The notes under the pieces: generated by a model | Told to the model about the DNA's origin: nothing | What the model saw: the letters and a program-made list of their open reading frames with translations, nothing else | Database searches by the model: none | Program-made: the position numbers and the translations under genes | IMG/VR virus record: IMGVR_UViG_3300044846_000719 | Location: 32,657-96,656 of that record | DNA: 64,000 nucleotides | Reading direction: 5' to 3' (one strand) | DNA from: a virus | Shown here: positions 1 to 7,914 of the stretch, one piece after another | Layout: each line of letters begins with the position of its first letter | How positions within the stretch are numbered: the first letter of the stretch is position 1

Positions 1-314
1 GTCAAGAATCCTTGTAGGTTACTATCTACATACTGAAGGTATTGATCAGAAGCAGAAATCTTAAGAGAAGGTACAACTCCTGTAAAAGCAGTCTTATCAT
101 AGAATACACGGAATTGTATACCGGTAATCTTTTCTGATGTAGATGTATTGTAAAAATGTAAAGGTGCAACAGTTTGTCCTACAGTAGTAGTAGCAACCTG
201 ATATCCTGAATCAATAACCACCCAATGACCTGTACCGGGTGATGTAGCAGAACTTTGTGCAAAGCTTAAAGAAGCTATTAAAGTTCCGAATAGTGTCGTA
301 ATCAATTTTTTCAT
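1..314 (-). CDS. Secreted protein with cohesin-like beta-sandwich N-terminal domain (partial; runs off the left edge)
   Basis: Not in ORF track. Manual translation from ATG at 314 (ATGA overlap with the upstream stop): MKKLITTLFGTLIASLSFAQSSATSPGTGHWVVIDSGYQVATTTVGQTVAPLHFYNTSTSEKITGIQFRVFYDKTAF... It has a Bacteroidota-type signal peptide ending SFA|Q, and ITGIQFRVFYD resembles the cohesin I-x-G-x-Q-F-x-x-x-Y-D strand. Confidence 0.7.
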   Translation of the reverse strand, partial: MKKLITTLFGTLIASLSFAQSSATSPGTGHWVVIDSGYQVATTTVGQTVAPLHFYNTSTSEKITGIQFRVFYDKTAFTGVVPSLKISASDQYLQYVDSNLQGFL

Positions 315-763
315 TTGTTTATATTATTTAAAGCGTGTTCTATCAACCAAGGTTCTGGGTTTGTTAATTTTTCTATGAAGTTTAACTCATACATATAACA
401 AAATGTCTCTTCTTTTGCGGGAATAAGTTCTATCCCTTTTTTAGCTATGTACAAGTGAAGACTTTCATGTACTAGCACTACAGCAATATTATTTATAGAG
501 TTTAATTTAATATCATCTACTGCTATGTAGATATGACCTAAACCATCCTCTATTTGACATGAAGAGTAAGGACTAATCATAAAAGATATTTGATAACAAT
601 TTGTATCAAGCATCTTATACTTATCTATGTCTACTCTTTTTATTAGTTGAATTGCTGAATCAACTTTTAAATCCCAACCATCCCCGGCTTTGTCAATTTT
701 TATTTGACTAAAACAAGGGACGGCTAAGATTATTAAGAGGCTAAATAATAACCTCTTTAACAT
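311..763 (-). CDS. Signal-peptide-bearing zincin-like metallopeptidase (150 aa)
   Basis: True start is probably MLKRLLFSLLIILAVPCFSQ at 763, because the track's 976 start overlaps the endolysin. Contains VLVHESLHL (HExxH) and a downstream EE (EETFCY). Confidence 0.65.
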   Translation of the reverse strand: MLKRLLFSLLIILAVPCFSQIKIDKAGDGWDLKVDSAIQLIKRVDIDKYKMLDTNCYQISFMISPYSSCQIEDGLGHIYIAVDDIKLNSINNIAVVLVHESLHLYIAKKGIELIPAKEETFCYMYELNFIEKLTNPEPWLIEHALNNINK

Positions 764-764
764 A

Positions 765-1352
765 TTACTTAATGTCTTTAGACTCAATAAGAGTGTATGT
801 AAAAGAATTACCACCCAATGCAGCAGCCTTCTTACAGATAGCCAAGAATGCATCAAAGTCAGCAGACTTCTTAAACACTTGACAACCTTCTGACCAGTTC
901 TCAACATAAGTAGAGTCTGCACCAGCTTTATGAATGTTAATACCGAAGATCCCTTCTTGTATCTTGGACTCATCATAGTTCATGTCTTTATTAGCATCAC
1001 GGTAAACTTTAACGTTAGCCTTTTGTTTAAGGGCCTCGTATTTGCCTTGGTGTAATGCAATGTGATGTGAACCTGAGTATTGACCAGGTACTAAACGTGC
1101 AACACCTGCAGCGTTATGGAATTCTTTAACTCCTTTAGTTCCTGGATCTGTAGTAGCAGGCCAGATTTTAAATTTCCACTCTCCACCTTCTTTGTAAGAA
1201 AGAGTCAAGTTGTCATCAAATACGTTAGTTACTTTAGTACCAGTGGCAGAGTTTCTAACACCAATAATGTTGATGTTAAAGTCTCCGTTTTCAAAGTACT
1301 TGTAACCTTTGGCTTTCATAGCCGCTTCAATTTGTTCTCTAGTATAGCTCAT
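765..1352 (-). CDS. Putative endolysin, L,D-transpeptidase (YkuD)-like catalytic motif
   Basis: GINIHKAGADSTYVENWSEGCQV matches the H-x(n)-S-x-G-C YkuD signature; the gene lies downstream of the holin. Confidence 0.6.
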   Translation of the reverse strand: MSYTREQIEAAMKAKGYKYFENGDFNINIIGVRNSATGTKVTNVFDDNLTLSYKEGGEWKFKIWPATTDPGTKGVKEFHNAAGVARLVPGQYSGSHHIALHQGKYEALKQKANVKVYRDANKDMNYDESKIQEGIFGINIHKAGADSTYVENWSEGCQVFKKSADFDAFLAICKKAAALGGNSFTYTLIESKDIK

Positions 1353-1358
1353 ATTAGT

Positions 1359-2081
1359 TTATAGTTTATAGTTTATAGTAAACAGTAAATAATTCCAGTT
1401 AGTCTTGCTTTTAACTTTTCCTTGGCAGTAAGATCTTAACTTGTTGTAACTTATTTCAGTAATCTCTGAAGCAATTCTGAGATTCTCATAAGTCTCTCCT
1501 GTTTCAGTATTGATTACTTGTTTAGACTTAGGATTATCTGCACCAAGTCTTACTGAATGTTTTCTATTCTTAAAAGCTTCAGAATTCTTTAAAGACTCTT
1601 TTATCTTAAGTTTAGTTTCTTCTGTAAGGGTGCTACCTAATCTACTCTGTCTAAGTTTTTCTTTTGTTTCCTCAGAATGATTCTTTCCATAAAAGTGGTT
1701 CTTTTCGCCCACTCTTAATTTAGCTACTTCAGATAGATTCTTACACATAGATTCTGGTAAAGATTTTCCTGTCCAGTATCCAACTTCATGTCTCCAACCT
1801 AAAGTACCTTGACCTCCATCAGTCCAATTAACTAGACTACCTCCACAAGTATCTACTCTGCCATACACACTTATCAGTTCTATTTCTTTTACACAAGCCT
1901 CCTCAAAAGATAAATCATCTAACATAATCTCTACTCTATACTCTGAGTTCTTTACAACATTATGCCAGTGTTGATTTCTACTTTTAGTTTGGTGTGCTCT
2001 AGAATAATTAGAATCTGTACCTAATCCAATATAGAAAGGTACATTCTTATCTAACCTGATATGTCTGTAGACATAAGCCAT
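1359..2081 (-). CDS. Free-standing GIY-YIG homing endonuclease with NUMOD3 and NUMOD1-type DNA-binding repeats
   Basis: N-terminal YVYRH...PFYIGLG, GEKNHFYGKNHSEETKEKLR (NUMOD3) and KQVINTETGETYENLRIASE (NUMOD1-like). Confidence 0.85.
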   Translation of the reverse strand: MAYVYRHIRLDKNVPFYIGLGTDSNYSRAHQTKSRNQHWHNVVKNSEYRVEIMLDDLSFEEACVKEIELISVYGRVDTCGGSLVNWTDGGQGTLGWRHEVGYWTGKSLPESMCKNLSEVAKLRVGEKNHFYGKNHSEETKEKLRQSRLGSTLTEETKLKIKESLKNSEAFKNRKHSVRLGADNPKSKQVINTETGETYENLRIASEITEISYNKLRSYCQGKVKSKTNWNYLLFTINYKL

Positions 2082-2083
2082 GT

Positions 2084-2332
2084 TTATTCAGCAGAGTCCC
2101 CTTCTTTCTTTTTCATTACCTTTTCGATGCTCGTGAGCCCAAGAGTGCCAAAAGCTAACAATGCAACTGCATCCACTAAAGGAACAGATGGAGCAAAGTG
2201 TGCTTCAGTAAATGAGTTAGCGTACAATGTAGCGCATAGTGTAATTGTGCAGACCAAGCCACACAGACGTTTCATGGAAACAGAGCCTTTTTCATCCTTG
2301 AACAGGCCGCCAATAAAGTTTAATAGTTTCAT
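2084..2332 (-). CDS. Putative holin (two transmembrane segments)
   Basis: 82 aa; G-x-x-S-M-K-R followed by two hydrophobic helices and a charged tail (EKVMKKKEGDSAE); first gene of the lysis cluster. Confidence 0.7.
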   Translation of the reverse strand: MKLLNFIGGLFKDEKGSVSMKRLCGLVCTITLCATLYANSFTEAHFAPSVPLVDAVALLAFGTLGLTSIEKVMKKKEGDSAE

Positions 2333-2371
2333 ACGGTATAATTTTTTTACCGCAGTTAATTCAGGATGCAG

Positions 2372-2390
2372 CCCTAGATGGTTTTTAGGG
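2372..2390 (-). promoter_or_regulatory. Hairpin in the holin leader (CCCTA-AAAACCATC-TAGGG)
   Basis: Inverted repeat cccta...taggg between the late-promoter-like motif (2394-2411) and the holin start (2332). Confidence 0.4.
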
Positions 2391-2393
2391 TAC

Positions 2394-2411
2394 TACATAT
2401 ATAATATAATG
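2394..2411 (-). promoter_or_regulatory. Putative phage late promoter motif (CATTATATTATATATGTA)
   Basis: A related TATATT..n..TGTA motif recurs in 6 other intergenic gaps upstream of minus-strand operons. Confidence 0.5.
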
Positions 2412-2420
2412 AAAATTAAT

Positions 2421-2428
2421 TAACTTTG
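2421..2428 (+). promoter_or_regulatory. Bacteroidota sigma-A -7 element TAACTTTG
   Basis: Matches TAnnTTTG, 12 nt upstream of the plus-strand ORF at 2441. Confidence 0.55.
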
Positions 2429-2440
2429 AACAACACACAT

Positions 2441-2596
2441 ATGATAGGTATAACTTTTCTCCCAAAACAAGATGTACTCTTAGGAGTAAATGTAGATGTC
2501 CTCAATTATGAGGATAACGGTAAAATAATTGAAGCAACAAGAATATCCTTTGGGATAATTTTTATTACTCTCTCTATTTTATTAAAAAACAAGTAA
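2441..2596 (+). CDS. Small 51-aa protein with hydrophobic C-terminal segment
   Basis: Manual translation: MIGITFLPKQDVLLGVNVDVLNYEDNGKIIEATRISFGIIFITLSILLKNK*. Fills the intergenic gap, preceded by a -7 element and followed by a hairpin. Confidence 0.6.
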   Translation: MIGITFLPKQDVLLGVNVDVLNYEDNGKIIEATRISFGIIFITLSILLKNK

Positions 2597-2602
2597 AATG
2601 TA

Positions 2603-2618
2603 GGGGGAGAAATCCCCC
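2603..2618. terminator. Hairpin terminator between convergent genes
   Basis: ggggga-gaaa-tccccc stem-loop between the stop of the 51-aa ORF and the stop of the 1763-aa gene. Confidence 0.7.
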
Positions 2619-2619
2619 A

Positions 2620-5600
2620 TTATTTTACATAGAAATCTGTTACATTATCATAAGACTGCCACCTGTTTATTGTATACAGTACCGGCAATGCATCTGACCA
2701 TTGTTTATTAAGTTTTAACTCACCTTTTCTAGAACCTTGTTTATAATACAAACTTTCTTCATCAAATGCATAGTTGTAAGGAAAAGCAAATGTATCACTA
2801 ACAGCCTCTCCTAACTCACCAAGTAACTTAGATGAAGCAATAGGACTCTTCATTAACATGTAAGCATTAGCAGGACTAATGAAACTTGTTAATTCTGATG
2901 TTTGTCTATCTGCTTGATAAGCCAATCCATTTAGTAATCTTTTAAGTTGTTTGTCATCATCATCTAAATCCATACCCGCAATTAATGAAGATATAATATG
3001 AGCAATAGCAAATGAAGATAATATAAATGTAAGTTCTATAGCTACTCGGTTTAAGTTTTTAATTTGATCCTCTCTTAAACTTTCTTTAGCATCTCTTATC
3101 TTAGTAAAGATATCTCCTCTGGCAGATTTAATATGAGAGATAAAGCTTGCAAATGTCCGGTATCTACCCTCAATCCAACCAAGGTTTTCATCATAGTACT
3201 CTCTTTTAAATCTTGCTTTAAATGCTGGATATACCCACTTGTGAAACTGGAATACTAATTTACCAATACTATAATCTTGTAAAGCTGCTCTATCTTCAGG
3301 AGAATAGTTACCGTGTATTTGTTTGTTTACTTCACGGATATTATTCCTAATATCATAACGTTCATTATCTGATAAATCAAATCCTGTTTTTAAAGATAAC
3401 TCCCCGGTGTTAGGATCAAAGTCATAAGCATCATAAAGAGAGAGTGTCTCACCTTTATCATTTTCAATCTGCTTAGACATTAAGATTGCCATACCTACTT
3501 TACTCTGTACATTTGTTTCCGCAGCATCTTGTAAAACATAACCCCACTCCATTAAACCACCCTTCTCTTTTACCTCACGTTGAGCTACACTATCTACCAT
3601 TCTATACTGATATAGTAAGGCCTCATACTTTGATTGTGGTTTTTTCTCACCATAGTATCCTTCACTAGTAGCTAATCCTTTAAATACACCAGGTAAATAT
3701 TCACTGTTGTAAATACCTGTTGCTCTAAGCATAGCTTTTCTATCATAGAATAACTGACCACCAGTCTCAATGCCGTTGTTGATTCTACCCATAGCATAGT
3801 TATTGATATTACCAAAGATGTTAAATCCTACATATGATAAAGATGTGGCATTAAGTACTTTACTTATAACGTTATCTAATGTGCTTTTATCAAACTCGGA
3901 CTCTTCATAGTAAACCATCTTTAACCATTTCTTCAAACGGGTAGCTGTTCTACTCTCTGAGCCAGGAATTGTTTTAGCTTTAGTTCCGCCAGTTGCTGTA
4001 CGTACAAGTACATTTTGAGATTGTACATACTCTCTATTTTCAACAACTCTTTTTAGTGCATAGATAGTATCTTCTGCATTAGTTAAGTGCTGATAGTTAG
4101 AAGCCATTGCTCTAAACTTAATTAAGCTATCTACTAGATCAGTATTAAGTTCATCCTTAGTAAGCATAGATTCATTTCTCTTAAGTTGTTTTTCTAACTC
4201 CTTTAGCTGCTCTCTATACTTAACTGTAGATACTTTACCATCTCTAAAACTAGTTTGTAACTCTTCTATTTCAGATTTAATCTTATCAATACTAAACTGG
4301 CTTTTTAATTTGCCGGTAAAGAAGATTGGTGGTGTTTCAATAATATTACCCTCTTCATCTGTAAGAACTATCTTTTGATAACCCTCATCTGTAAAACTTT
4401 TAAACCAACTAGATACTGACTTACTTAGTAAGCTAGTCACACTAGATGGATTATCTTTTAACTTGTTTAAGAAGTTTTGTTTTTGTCTAGGTAACTTACC
4501 TGTCATATCTCTTTTAACAGAGGGAGGTAACATCTTAAGTGCACCATTTTCAAACTCCTGGATCCAGAAATCATAGAACTCTTTCTGAGCTCTCTCTAAT
4601 TCTGTAGTAGGATTCATGATCTTGACATACTTTTCATCAAGCATACTCATACCATTATCAGCTACATCTTTTACCTCTTTAAACTCAGGCTTTACAAACC
4701 AAGACTTTCTAACAGCTGTAGCACCTAAATAACTACCGTCTTTCTCTCTTTGTGCAGTTACGTATTCAGAGTAGTTATAGTATTTATTTCTATAAATAGC
4801 ATACTCAGCATCTGATATGCCACGTTTCTTTTTCCATCCATAGTTACGATATTCTTCATACTTATCCCTGATCTTCTTAAAGTCATCAGTGTATTTATGA
4901 AACTCACCATCAGTTACTTCACCACCAATTACTCTTTCAGCTTTAGTAAAATCACTATAAGCTTGTCTATTAGCAAATAATTCTTGATTGAATTTAATAT
5001 CCTCTACTTTAGCATCATCAAGATTAGGAATGTTGATGTACTCTAACCAGTTATTATTATTATCTACAAGCTTGTTTCTTAAATCATAAAACATCTTATA
5101 GTATTGGTAACCAATCTTTTGTACATACCTACCAGTAAAGTTGCCATCTTTATCATAAACTAACATATAATCATATGATGGCTTACCTCCTGATAAAGAT
5201 GCTAATCTATTACCTATAGTAATTGCTTTTTCACTAAACTGTTGAACATCATCTGCAATCTTTTGCTTCTCCCTCTTAAATACTTTATCAACCAAGGCTA
5301 AGATTGTATCTGTACTAGTAGCCAAATCACCAAGTTGTGCATCTGCTACAGAGATATCATTAGTCTCTTTAATAATTGTCTTTAAATCATCTTCAGTAAA
5401 GTTTCTATTAGAGTTAGTTCTAATGAAGTTAATTGTAAAGTTCTCTATAGCCTGATCAATAGTAGAATCAGCAATATTTAATAGATCTGTTACTGCAATT
5501 GCAATATCTCTCTGACCTGGATTAATAACATTACTCAAACTAAGATTACGAATACCTCTATAGGTTTCCATAAATTTACTAAACATAAGTACTACAGAAA

Positions 5601-7911
5601 TATAATCTTCTTTAGCAACTGATTTTGGATTAGAGGCATACTTGATAAAGTTCTCTAACTCTTCTTTAGAACTGTTTAAGAATCTACCTAAAGCTATATC
5701 AGCCTTACCGGAGTTTATCTCAGTACTAAGTACAGCAATCAAACTATTAATTTTATCTATAGTCTGTTTCTTAGGTTTAACTTGTTTAGATGAATCAATA
5801 ATACTTTGTAAGGCATCATTACGTTTTACTAACTGTGAAACCACATCCTTCATAAACAAAGAAATGTTTGTATATTGCTCATCTGTTAAACCGGCCTCTG
5901 GTTTCTCTTGCTCAGGAGTTAAAAAGTCAGGATTATTAGTAACGTTAAAACCATTTTTAATCTTAAGATCATTAACTACATTCTGAAAAGGAATAGTAGG
6001 AATTATTCTATCTACATAAGCTAGATTTTCTGTCTCATTATGTTGTACTACACCTTCTACTCTAAAACTTTTTACCTTCTGATCTTTACCTTGACCTTCT
6101 ATATTTAAGTTATAATGATAGGTAGATACACCAGATACCGGGAAACCATTGATATTAGCTAACTTGGCATAACCCATTACCTGAATACTTTGCTGTTGCT
6201 TAGTAGTTAATTTTTCACCCGGTAATAAAGTACCTTCATTTGTAGAATAAGGTACATCATAGTATCCAGGATCTTTTATACTTGTCTTAGATACTTTTAA
6301 ATCTATAATGTACAATGACCCATCTGGCTTAATAATTAATACATCTAATGAACCGGCAATTTTAGATTGATCATCAGCAAGAATAACTTGCGGTAAGATT
6401 ATAGAACCATCTAACGTAAGAGTAGCTACATATGCACTAAGTGAATCATATGCATCTTCAGCTAAAGCTGGATCTAATACAGTCACACTTTCTAGGGCCT
6501 CATCAAATGTTTTACCATCTATAATATCCTGAAGAATCTTATCAAAGTCTTTACCAAATAACCTATTCATTTCATATAGATCATTTGGATCATTAAGACC
6601 ACCTTTAATAGCAGAAGTCATAGATTTATATTCCTCTCCCGTCTCTAAATTAGTATACGTGTGTGTATCTTCATCTAAGAACATTGGTGTATCATATAGA
6701 GTATCTACTATATCTCTCTGTAAATTATTTATAGCTCTATCTTTAGCTGCTTTCTTACTGGCCTGTTTTCTAATATACTCAGGATCATTCTTATCAATAC
6801 TTAACTTAACTGAACTTTGTACTTCACTAGTAATAGGTCCTGTTGTAAAGCGTAACTCTTTAGTATTTAATAACTTAGCAATATCAGTAAGGGTAACATT
6901 TTCATTTAAATCTTCAGCAATAATATCTAAACTATTACCTGTAATGCTTTTATAGATATCATTTATGATTTCTGCAAACCATTCTATCAACTCTCTAATT
7001 GCAGTTTTAAATGAATTACCTGGTTGATTCTCATACTCTTTTTTAAAGTATCTAGTCAATGCTTGAGTAACTAACTCAAGGTCTCTATACTTTTCAAAAA
7101 ATCCTTTTTTATTAGCGTAACTATCTTTTATCTGTTGTTCTAATACTGGAAAACTTTTTCTTGCTTCAACAACTAACTTACCAAATATATCAGGCCTACT
7201 AACATATAATGCATCTACTACTGGGTGAAGCATTTCTTCAATTGCTGTCTCAGTAGTAATCCGGCTCTTAATTATATAAGCTTTGTTCTGATAATAAAAA
7301 CTCTTAACGTTTTTAAAATTTACTATTGGCTTATATGGTAATGACTCATATAATTTTTTAGCATCCTCTACAGATACTATCTCATATTCTACATCTGGTA
7401 AAATAGTAGATAGATACTCTAGTACATCAATAGCATTATTTGTATTCTCTGATTCTCCAATTACATCAACCGGAGTAAACATATTTTCATTAATTGTAAA
7501 CTCTATACTATTTTGTGTAGGTCTAAAATCATATGTTTCACTAGATATCTTATTATAATTCAGATAGTTAATAATTCTATTTTTATTATTTACAAGAATA
7601 GCAGGATCTATTTCCTGCATACCTTCTATAGTACCTGTTACAAAGTATCTGATTTTATCACCAACTGTGACACTAGATATCATGCGCCTCCTTCTGAGAT
7701 TACTAATTACAGCTTCAGCATATTGTTTCTTTTTAACACTAAACTTTACTTTATTAGCCTGTACAATTTCTTGAGCTTCTGCAATACTTGGAAATGTATC
7801 TGAATCTCTTGAAGATTGATATTGATCAATGATACCATCTACAATTAGATTGTTATTATATATACCCATTAGGGCCTTGTATTCCGGTAAATTTCTATTA
7901 TGACAAGCCAT
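2620..7911 (-). CDS. Large virion cargo/ejection protein with degenerate zincin motif and PD-(D/E)xK nuclease domain
   Basis: TAIEEMLHPVVDAL (zincin-like, first His replaced); IAGSLDVLIIKPDGSLYIIDLKVS (PD-(D/E)xK); helical C-terminus; position next to the vRNAP as in crAss-like phages. Confidence 0.7.
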   Translation of the reverse strand: MACHNRNLPEYKALMGIYNNNLIVDGIIDQYQSSRDSDTFPSIAEAQEIVQANKVKFSVKKKQYAEAVISNLRRRRMISSVTVGDKIRYFVTGTIEGMQEIDPAILVNNKNRIINYLNYNKISSETYDFRPTQNSIEFTINENMFTPVDVIGESENTNNAIDVLEYLSTILPDVEYEIVSVEDAKKLYESLPYKPIVNFKNVKSFYYQNKAYIIKSRITTETAIEEMLHPVVDALYVSRPDIFGKLVVEARKSFPVLEQQIKDSYANKKGFFEKYRDLELVTQALTRYFKKEYENQPGNSFKTAIRELIEWFAEIINDIYKSITGNSLDIIAEDLNENVTLTDIAKLLNTKELRFTTGPITSEVQSSVKLSIDKNDPEYIRKQASKKAAKDRAINNLQRDIVDTLYDTPMFLDEDTHTYTNLETGEEYKSMTSAIKGGLNDPNDLYEMNRLFGKDFDKILQDIIDGKTFDEALESVTVLDPALAEDAYDSLSAYVATLTLDGSIILPQVILADDQSKIAGSLDVLIIKPDGSLYIIDLKVSKTSIKDPGYYDVPYSTNEGTLLPGEKLTTKQQQSIQVMGYAKLANINGFPVSGVSTYHYNLNIEGQGKDQKVKSFRVEGVVQHNETENLAYVDRIIPTIPFQNVVNDLKIKNGFNVTNNPDFLTPEQEKPEAGLTDEQYTNISLFMKDVVSQLVKRNDALQSIIDSSKQVKPKKQTIDKINSLIAVLSTEINSGKADIALGRFLNSSKEELENFIKYASNPKSVAKEDYISVVLMFSKFMETYRGIRNLSLSNVINPGQRDIAIAVTDLLNIADSTIDQAIENFTINFIRTNSNRNFTEDDLKTIIKETNDISVADAQLGDLATSTDTILALVDKVFKREKQKIADDVQQFSEKAITIGNRLASLSGGKPSYDYMLVYDKDGNFTGRYVQKIGYQYYKMFYDLRNKLVDNNNNWLEYINIPNLDDAKVEDIKFNQELFANRQAYSDFTKAERVIGGEVTDGEFHKYTDDFKKIRDKYEEYRNYGWKKKRGISDAEYAIYRNKYYNYSEYVTAQREKDGSYLGATAVRKSWFVKPEFKEVKDVADNGMSMLDEKYVKIMNPTTELERAQKEFYDFWIQEFENGALKMLPPSVKRDMTGKLPRQKQNFLNKLKDNPSSVTSLLSKSVSSWFKSFTDEGYQKIVLTDEEGNIIETPPIFFTGKLKSQFSIDKIKSEIEELQTSFRDGKVSTVKYREQLKELEKQLKRNESMLTKDELNTDLVDSLIKFRAMASNYQHLTNAEDTIYALKRVVENREYVQSQNVLVRTATGGTKAKTIPGSESRTATRLKKWLKMVYYEESEFDKSTLDNVISKVLNATSLSYVGFNIFGNINNYAMGRINNGIETGGQLFYDRKAMLRATGIYNSEYLPGVFKGLATSEGYYGEKKPQSKYEALLYQYRMVDSVAQREVKEKGGLMEWGYVLQDAAETNVQSKVGMAILMSKQIENDKGETLSLYDAYDFDPNTGELSLKTGFDLSDNERYDIRNNIREVNKQIHGNYSPEDRAALQDYSIGKLVFQFHKWVYPAFKARFKREYYDENLGWIEGRYRTFASFISHIKSARGDIFTKIRDAKESLREDQIKNLNRVAIELTFILSSFAIAHIISSLIAGMDLDDDDKQLKRLLNGLAYQADRQTSELTSFISPANAYMLMKSPIASSKLLGELGEAVSDTFAFPYNYAFDEESLYYKQGSRKGELKLNKQWSDALPVLYTINRWQSYDNVTDFYVK

Positions 7912-7914
7912 CTC

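Noticed and set aside
764-976. N-terminal 71 aa of the track ORF 311..976
   Set aside because: Overlaps the endolysin candidate in another frame; the ATG at 763 gives a clean signal peptide.
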